Translations under genes and position numbers: made by a program
Shown: one piece after another, positions 59,466-64,000 of the stretch
Layout: every line of letters starts with the position of its first letter
Position numbering within the stretch: position 1 is the first letter of the stretch
The notes under the pieces: generated by a model
What the model was told of the DNA's origin: nothing
Databases searched by the model: none
What the model saw: the letters and a program-made list of their open reading frames with translations, nothing else
Assembly (NCBI GenBank): GCA_963715865.1
Contig: OY970280.1
Location: forward strand, 2,080,001 to 2,144,000
Direction of reading: 5' to 3'
Length of the DNA: 64,000 bases
Origin: Candidatus Bathyarchaeota archaeon
GTDB taxonomy: Archaea; Thermoproteota; Bathyarchaeia; Bathyarchaeales; Bathycorpusculaceae

Positions 59466-60479
59466 TTATTTTCCTTGAGGAGATTCCAGCGATATATATG
59501 TGACTTGTGGTGGAGCTTCAGGTATTTCTCTTGGTGGGCGAGCAGGAACACGCAGGCGTATTTGGCGTTTTTCTGTTCCTGGAACACTTCCTTCAATTAA
59601 GATGTATGGTCCTTTAACTTCGCCATAGCGGATGTAACCGCCTTTAACAGTTACTTCTTTGCCGTCTTTGCCGATTTTTAATATGCGCTTGTTATATTCT
59701 ATGCGTTGGTGGTAACCCATTTGTCCTGCTCGTGGTACCGAGTACGTGACATGGTGAGGGTTCCATGGACCTAAAGTGGCGACGCCACGTTTTGTTTTTC
59801 GGCCTTTATGCTGAAGTATGGCTACTCCCCAACGTTTAACTGGACCTTGGAAGCCTTTGCCAGTGGTGATTCCAGCAATATCTGCGTATTGTCCATCTTT
59901 GAATACTTCTTCTGGTGTTACTGTGTTTCCTAAAAGTTGTTTGGCGTATTCTAGTTGTTGCGGGATTGTTCCTCCGCCAATTTGGATTTCTGAAATTTCA
60001 GGTTTCTTTTTGGAGAGGCTGGTTTGTGTGGGTTGAGTAGCTGTTACAACGCGGATTGTGACGGTTTGGTCGAGGTTTTGCTGGACTTTCTCGAGCATTG
60101 CTTCTGTGTTAAAGTTTTCTGGAAGAACCAGTGCACGGTCTAGGATTGCTGGTGGATCTTTCATCCAGACTTCTGTTATGTTTTGGAGCCCGTATGGTGT
60201 TTTCATGTAAGTTCTAAAGCCACATACAAGTATAGGTGGCGTTTCTAGAATGGTTGCTGCTCGCATGACTTCTTTTCCAAAGTGAGGAGAACGTTTACGA
60301 TCTTCAATGGCAAAGACATAAGTCATGCCTGCTTTATAGGCTGAAAAACCCAAAAGCCTAGGAGAATCAGACTTTATCACTGGCCAGTAACGGATTCGCG
60401 CAACTGGTTTTTTAGCGCGTTTCATAGGTAAATAAGCAAGTGAACCATGTTTTGGAGCATGCTTTTTACGATGTCCCAT
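59466..60479 (-). CDS. rpl3p: 50S ribosomal protein L3
   Basis: P.HGSLAY.P.KRA, YKAGMT, KGFQGPVKRWG, RAGQMGYHQR. Confidence 0.97.
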   Translation of the reverse strand: MGHRKKHAPKHGSLAYLPMKRAKKPVARIRYWPVIKSDSPRLLGFSAYKAGMTYVFAIEDRKRSPHFGKEVMRAATILETPPILVCGFRTYMKTPYGLQNITEVWMKDPPAILDRALVLPENFNTEAMLEKVQQNLDQTVTIRVVTATQPTQTSLSKKKPEISEIQIGGGTIPQQLEYAKQLLGNTVTPEEVFKDGQYADIAGITTGKGFQGPVKRWGVAILQHKGRKTKRGVATLGPWNPHHVTYSVPRAGQMGYHQRIEYNKRILKIGKDGKEVTVKGGYIRYGEVKGPYILIEGSVPGTEKRQIRLRVPARPPREIPEAPPQVTYISLESPQGK

Positions 60480-60633
60480 TGTACTTCCACTTCGCGCCTT
60501 TAGCAAATAGTAAATAAAGTTATAAACGTTACCATTAAAAATAAGAAACCAAGTTGCTTTCTAGTAATCATACAAAGTACAGTTCCTTATTTGGTATAAA
60601 ATATCTTTTTGGCTTGAACTTAACCTAGATTTT

Positions 60634-60781
60634 ATAGTCGCAACTAATCGCAGCGCAATAGTCGCAACTATTGAGCCTGTTTTGGAGATGATTTTTTGTT
60701 CAGACAATTGAGTTGTCAGAGTAGCCTGCTGTAGTATAGTGATAGTGAAGCCAAACGCTAAAGTGATGACTATTGAGCCTG
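60634..60781. repeat. Short direct and inverted repeats upstream of the rpl3 operon
   Basis: ATAGTCGCAACTA at 60634 and 60658; hairpin CAATAGT-CGCA-ACTATTG 60656-60673; ACTATTGAGCCTG at 60667 and 60769. Confidence 0.6.
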
Positions 60782-61114
60782 CTTCGGCGCATTTATGATA
60801 AAGGCAGTTTTTCTTGGAGAGCGGTTGATGTTATAAGAATGCATGTCAAAGGCTAGGCGCGAATGTTCAAACATCCCGTAAAAGTTTTGTTCAAACAATC
60901 CAGCCCGCAAAGACTTGAGCCCGAAAAGACTAAAGTAGTATAGTCAAAGTCAAGCCCGATGGCAAAGTTATAACTATTAAGCCCTCTATAGACGCTTCGA
61001 GCTTTATGACGGTAGTATAATTCGCACTTTGCCCACATCAATAGTGCACACTAAGAGACAGCTTTCTCTCGGCTGGAAATGTTTTTAGACCACTGACGCA
61101 ATCGTTCTATTCAA

Positions 61115-61236
61115 GCCGGGGTGGCAGAGCGGTTAATGCGCCGGCCTCGAGATCTTAGAAAAGAGGGCTAAGCCAGAAGGCAAGTTAGCCGGTGGGCCTT
61201 GTGCTCGCAGGGGTTCGAGTCCCTTCCCCGGCGCCA
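61115..61236 (+). tRNA. tRNA-Ser(CGA) with 35-nt intron at 37/38 (61152-61186)
   Basis: GCCGGGG acceptor, CCGGC-CT-CGA-G/intron/A-GCCGG, long variable arm, GGTTCGAGTCC T-arm, CCA. Confidence 0.92.
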
Positions 61237-63151
61237 CTTCAATGTTAGCATGAATACTCGAATCGCGCGTTATTTGCTTTTTTTCTTTCATTTGTCTTTT
61301 TTTCTTGACGTAGACTACTGCTGCTGCAAAAGTTGCGACTAAGAGAATTAACAAGTAAACGTTTTGAGCTGACAATCCGCTGCCGCCAGTTGCTTTATTA
61401 TTGTTCTCGGGTGGTTGAGTGGTGTTATTTGGAGTTTGGACTTTCAAATCTTTGAAAATTACGGCGCTGTCTACGTTATTTGTTATTAACATTGTCATTT
61501 CATTGCTGTTCAGTGTATCGTATGGAGTTGCCATGCTTTCTATGAGAGTCCCATCTGAGTTGTATAAATTAGCGGTTATTCCGTTCTCTGATATGCTTGC
61601 TGTAACCTTATACCAAGTGTTTTCTGTTATGCTCTCAGTAGCGTTCATGAAAGCGGTGTTGCTTCCATTATCTTGTCTTATGGTAGACACGTCATCATCG
61701 TTTAGTCCTCTAACGTTTAAGCTGTAATTTCCGTTATTATTTTGAAGGATAAAGCAAAACTGATTGTTTATTGTTTGATTAAAATCGTCTGGCAATCTTA
61801 GAGGCGCCATATCTGTCGGCACATTTATTGGTACTGTTATTGTCTTCTCAGGTATCTCTATTGTTTTTGTTTGCCTGTTTCTTCCAGTGATTATTGTAAG
61901 TTCGCTTGCTGGTATTGTTACTGTCTTTGTTGGAACGTTCGATACTGTATGCCCTGCTTGTAATACAATGAAATCGTAGCTAAATGAAACATTTGCCCCC
62001 AAGGAGATACTGAGAAAATCGTTAACCCCCTGCATTGGGCGAGTTACATAAGCTGCAGCGCTTGCTTGCCCATATATGTAGTTATAGTCGTCAGTCTGAA
62101 ACTGAACAAATGATGCAGGCCCGACAAAAACTGTTAGTGTTTCGCTGTCGGCACCAGCATAATTTGAAGCACCGCTCCAGCTTGTTGTAATGTAGTATGT
62201 GCCTGCTGAGGTGAAGTTCCAAGTCATCATGTACCTGCCAAAATCATCTGTAACTGTTCTGAAGTAATCATAGGAAGATCCGGCACGACTACTACTAACG
62301 TATATAGAGACGTTTTCCCCTGAGTACGGTGGTGAAATTGAGCCTGAAATCGTAAGAGCCCGGGTATTTTCTTCAACGCTGGATGGTCCTTGGGACAGAT
62401 TTACGGTTATGGAAGAAGGGAGTAAAGAAGTGTCCAAACTTGATGAAACCTGTGCTGGTGATGATTTCTCAGTGTTCTCAAGGGAAATAATCACAGGTAT
62501 CGCGTTAGCAAGGAGTTCAGATTGGTCACCAACCTTCCAGTCCGCTTCAGGGGTGGCTTCAGCTGTCCAATAAGTTTTGTTGTTGTACTCGAAACTGGTG
62601 GGCGTCAACAACGAAGTGTGATAGATGGGCGTGTAGGGTAGGTAAACTCCAACATTCATGTGACCGGGGTTTATCCCTGTGTAGTGAATTAAAACAACAT
62701 CTAAGCCTCCTGCCTTCATGATGGAAGCCGCAAGTAGTGACAGCGCAACGCAATCTCCAGAATTGTCTACAAGGGTTTCAATAGGATATTTGGGGCTGCT
62801 AATATTATATGGGATTTGATGAACCAGCGTTAACACGGCATCAGCAAACTGTTCGTTGCTGTAGGGCAGATTGCGAGTAATTTTTTGAATGCTCTCCGCG
62901 ATGGGTTCGACAGCTTGAGGCGTTACAAATTTTGCGTAATCACTGTCGCAATTTACTGTATGGCTTATGTTACTATAATAGTCGTAGAGTGAAGGCGGTT
63001 CAGAAACATACAACTTTTGGTTGAGGAGCCCGTACTGAGCTTGAAAAATATAGGTTTTTTCGTAGGTGCCTGCTATAGAGGTAGGTGTTATGAAAACTAG
63101 TAACAAAATGCTAATGAGAAGGACGCTGGCTTTCAGGTACTTAAAACTCAT
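61133..63151 (-). CDS. Secreted, membrane-anchored transglutaminase-like (Cys-His) protein with Ig-like domains; 3' end uncertain
   Basis: N-terminal hydrophobic signal, IPY...P.ETL..NSGDC...SLL..H catalytic pattern, Ser/Thr/Asn-rich beta domains, C-terminal TM plus KKKR. Confidence 0.8.
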   Translation of the reverse strand: MSFKYLKASVLLISILLLVFITPTSIAGTYEKTYIFQAQYGLLNQKLYVSEPPSLYDYYSNISHTVNCDSDYAKFVTPQAVEPIAESIQKITRNLPYSNEQFADAVLTLVHQIPYNISSPKYPIETLVDNSGDCVALSLLAASIMKAGGLDVVLIHYTGINPGHMNVGVYLPYTPIYHTSLLTPTSFEYNNKTYWTAEATPEADWKVGDQSELLANAIPVIISLENTEKSSPAQVSSSLDTSLLPSSITVNLSQGPSSVEENTRALTISGSISPPYSGENVSIYVSSSRAGSSYDYFRTVTDDFGRYMMTWNFTSAGTYYITTSWSGASNYAGADSETLTVFVGPASFVQFQTDDYNYIYGQASAAAYVTRPMQGVNDFLSISLGANVSFSYDFIVLQAGHTVSNVPTKTVTIPASELTIITGRNRQTKTIEIPEKTITVPINVPTDMAPLRLPDDFNQTINNQFCFILQNNNGNYSLNVRGLNDDDVSTIRQDNGSNTAFMNATESITENTWYKVTASISENGITANLYNSDGTLIESMATPYDTLNSNEMTMLITNNVDSAVIFKDLKVQTPNNTTQPPENNNKATGGSGLSAQNVYLLILLVATFAAAVVYVKKKRQMKEKKQITRDSSIHANIEVAPGKGLEPLRAQGPPANLPSGLALFSKISRPAH

Positions 63152-63309
63152 ACAAACCCAGCAAGTACTTTTTTTTACTATCATCCGAGCTTTGAATAAA
63201 GCGCGTTATATATTTTTTGCGTTTCTGCCCCTTTTATTTATTTTTATGTTTCGGTCAACAGTCTCTGAATGGAATTAATTTAATATAGTCGAGAAGGATA
63301 GTCCTCTGT

Positions 63310-63348
63310 GGTAGTTTCCGTATTTAACCTACCTTAAAAAACCGGTGA
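63310..63348 (+). promoter_or_regulatory. Candidate preQ1-I (preQ0/preQ1) riboswitch
   Basis: P1 GGTAG/CTACC, loop starting T and ending AAC, tail TTAAAAAAC, loop CCG complementary to CGG overlapping SD GGTGA; directly upstream of queT. Confidence 0.65.
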
Positions 63349-63352
63349 GAAA

Positions 63353-63844
63353 ATGAAACTAAATACCAAAAAACTGACAATTATCGCTGTTTTTGCATCC
63401 TTATACACGGTCGGAGTAGTCTTCTTGGCACCAATAAGCTTCGGTGTCTATCAAGTAAGGTTAGCCGATGCTATGCTTCCACTATCGATGATTTTTGGAG
63501 TCCCAGGTGCATTGGGTTTTAGCTTGGGCTGCATAGTCTCTAACGTTTATGGCGGGCTTGGAATAATTGATGTTGTTGGTGGTGCAGCCGCAAATCTTGT
63601 TGCCTGCACTCTAGCTTGGTATATAGGCGGTAAGGGGCGAGGTATTCAACGATTTCTGGGAAGTATTGTAGAAACAGGAATCGTCACTTTGATAGTTGGA
63701 GGATATCTTTCACTGATATTTCAGGTTCCTGTGGAGGTCGGTCTTTTGGGAGTACTTGTTGGGTCTACAATAGCGATAAACGTTATAGGGTTTCCAATAG
63801 AAGAAGTAATTCGGCGAAGCAAAATTTTTAGAAAATACAGCTAA
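63353..63844 (+). CDS. queT: QueT family queuosine-precursor transporter
   Basis: AVFASLY...APISFGVYQVRLADA, G..LGCIVSN..GGLG..DVVGG. Confidence 0.9.
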   Translation: MKLNTKKLTIIAVFASLYTVGVVFLAPISFGVYQVRLADAMLPLSMIFGVPGALGFSLGCIVSNVYGGLGIIDVVGGAAANLVACTLAWYIGGKGRGIQRFLGSIVETGIVTLIVGGYLSLIFQVPVEVGLLGVLVGSTIAINVIGFPIEEVIRRSKIFRKYS

Positions 63845-63892
63845 GATTAAGCAAAAAGTATTTATCAACGCAAGATGCTTAATTTAAGCTTT

Positions 63893-63933
63893 AACTGATA
63901 TCGGTATTTCGATATCGGTTAGGCGGCGATATC
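63893..63933. promoter_or_regulatory. Putative operator with three GATATC cores
   Basis: AACTGATATC-N8-GATATCGGTT imperfect palindrome plus a third GATATC at 63928; upstream of AGGAGG and ATG 63987 at the window edge. Confidence 0.45.
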
Positions 63934-64000
63934 AAATGTGGGGTCATGAACATAAATGGAAGTATTTCAGGAAAGGAGGACTCAGAATGTGGGTTCTCTC

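Noticed and set aside
60763-60840. C/D box sRNA starting at GTGATGA
   Set aside because: No CTGA D box at a suitable distance and no terminal stem.
60853-61041. 62-aa minus-strand ORF
   Set aside because: No recognisable motif or SD; lies in the tRNA promoter region.
1-64000. The many short antisense or alternate-frame ORFs in the track (e.g. 13924-14598, 6850-7338, 55715-56221)
   Set aside because: They shadow well-supported genes on the opposite strand and have no motifs. No CRISPR array, rRNA or intact transposase was found in the window.

Overview
Archaeal chromosomal window, most likely Bathyarchaeia (TACK). This is inferred from the co-occurrence of eS25, eS26, histones, Alba, class I LysRS, CofD, Fae-Hps and a Tes-type radical SAM enzyme. 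Most of it is housekeeping: the rpl3-rpl4-rpl23-rpl2-rps19 block, the rps6e-eIF2g-PIN-rpo7-spt4-DPCK-rps24e-rps27ae block, thermosome, rpo6, serS, lysS, pyrC, trpB2, tmk and three tRNAs (Arg-GCG, Glu-TTC, intron-containing Ser-CGA). An accessory island at ~17.3-22.4 kb holds a TIR protein, a nuclease-like ORF, a hairpin cluster and many unannotated microproteins. Best leads: (1) a candidate preQ1-I-type riboswitch (P1 stem, A-rich tail, SD-occluding pseudoknot) directly upstream of queT; (2) a self-contained transcription unit for an 18-aa linker-histone-like peptide near a charge-shifted histone paralog; (3) an HTH-Fae-Hps triple fusion; (4) a five-gene micro-operon ending in an orphan Rpo12; (5) a beta-propeller/ArnT-PMT glycosyltransferase fusion. 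Caveat: about 15 single-base indels between 26.8 and 47.9 kb break essential genes and are probably consensus errors, so single-base observations need read-level confirmation. No CRISPR array, rRNA or intact transposase/integrase was seen. All family assignments come from motif recognition by eye; no database searches were run.
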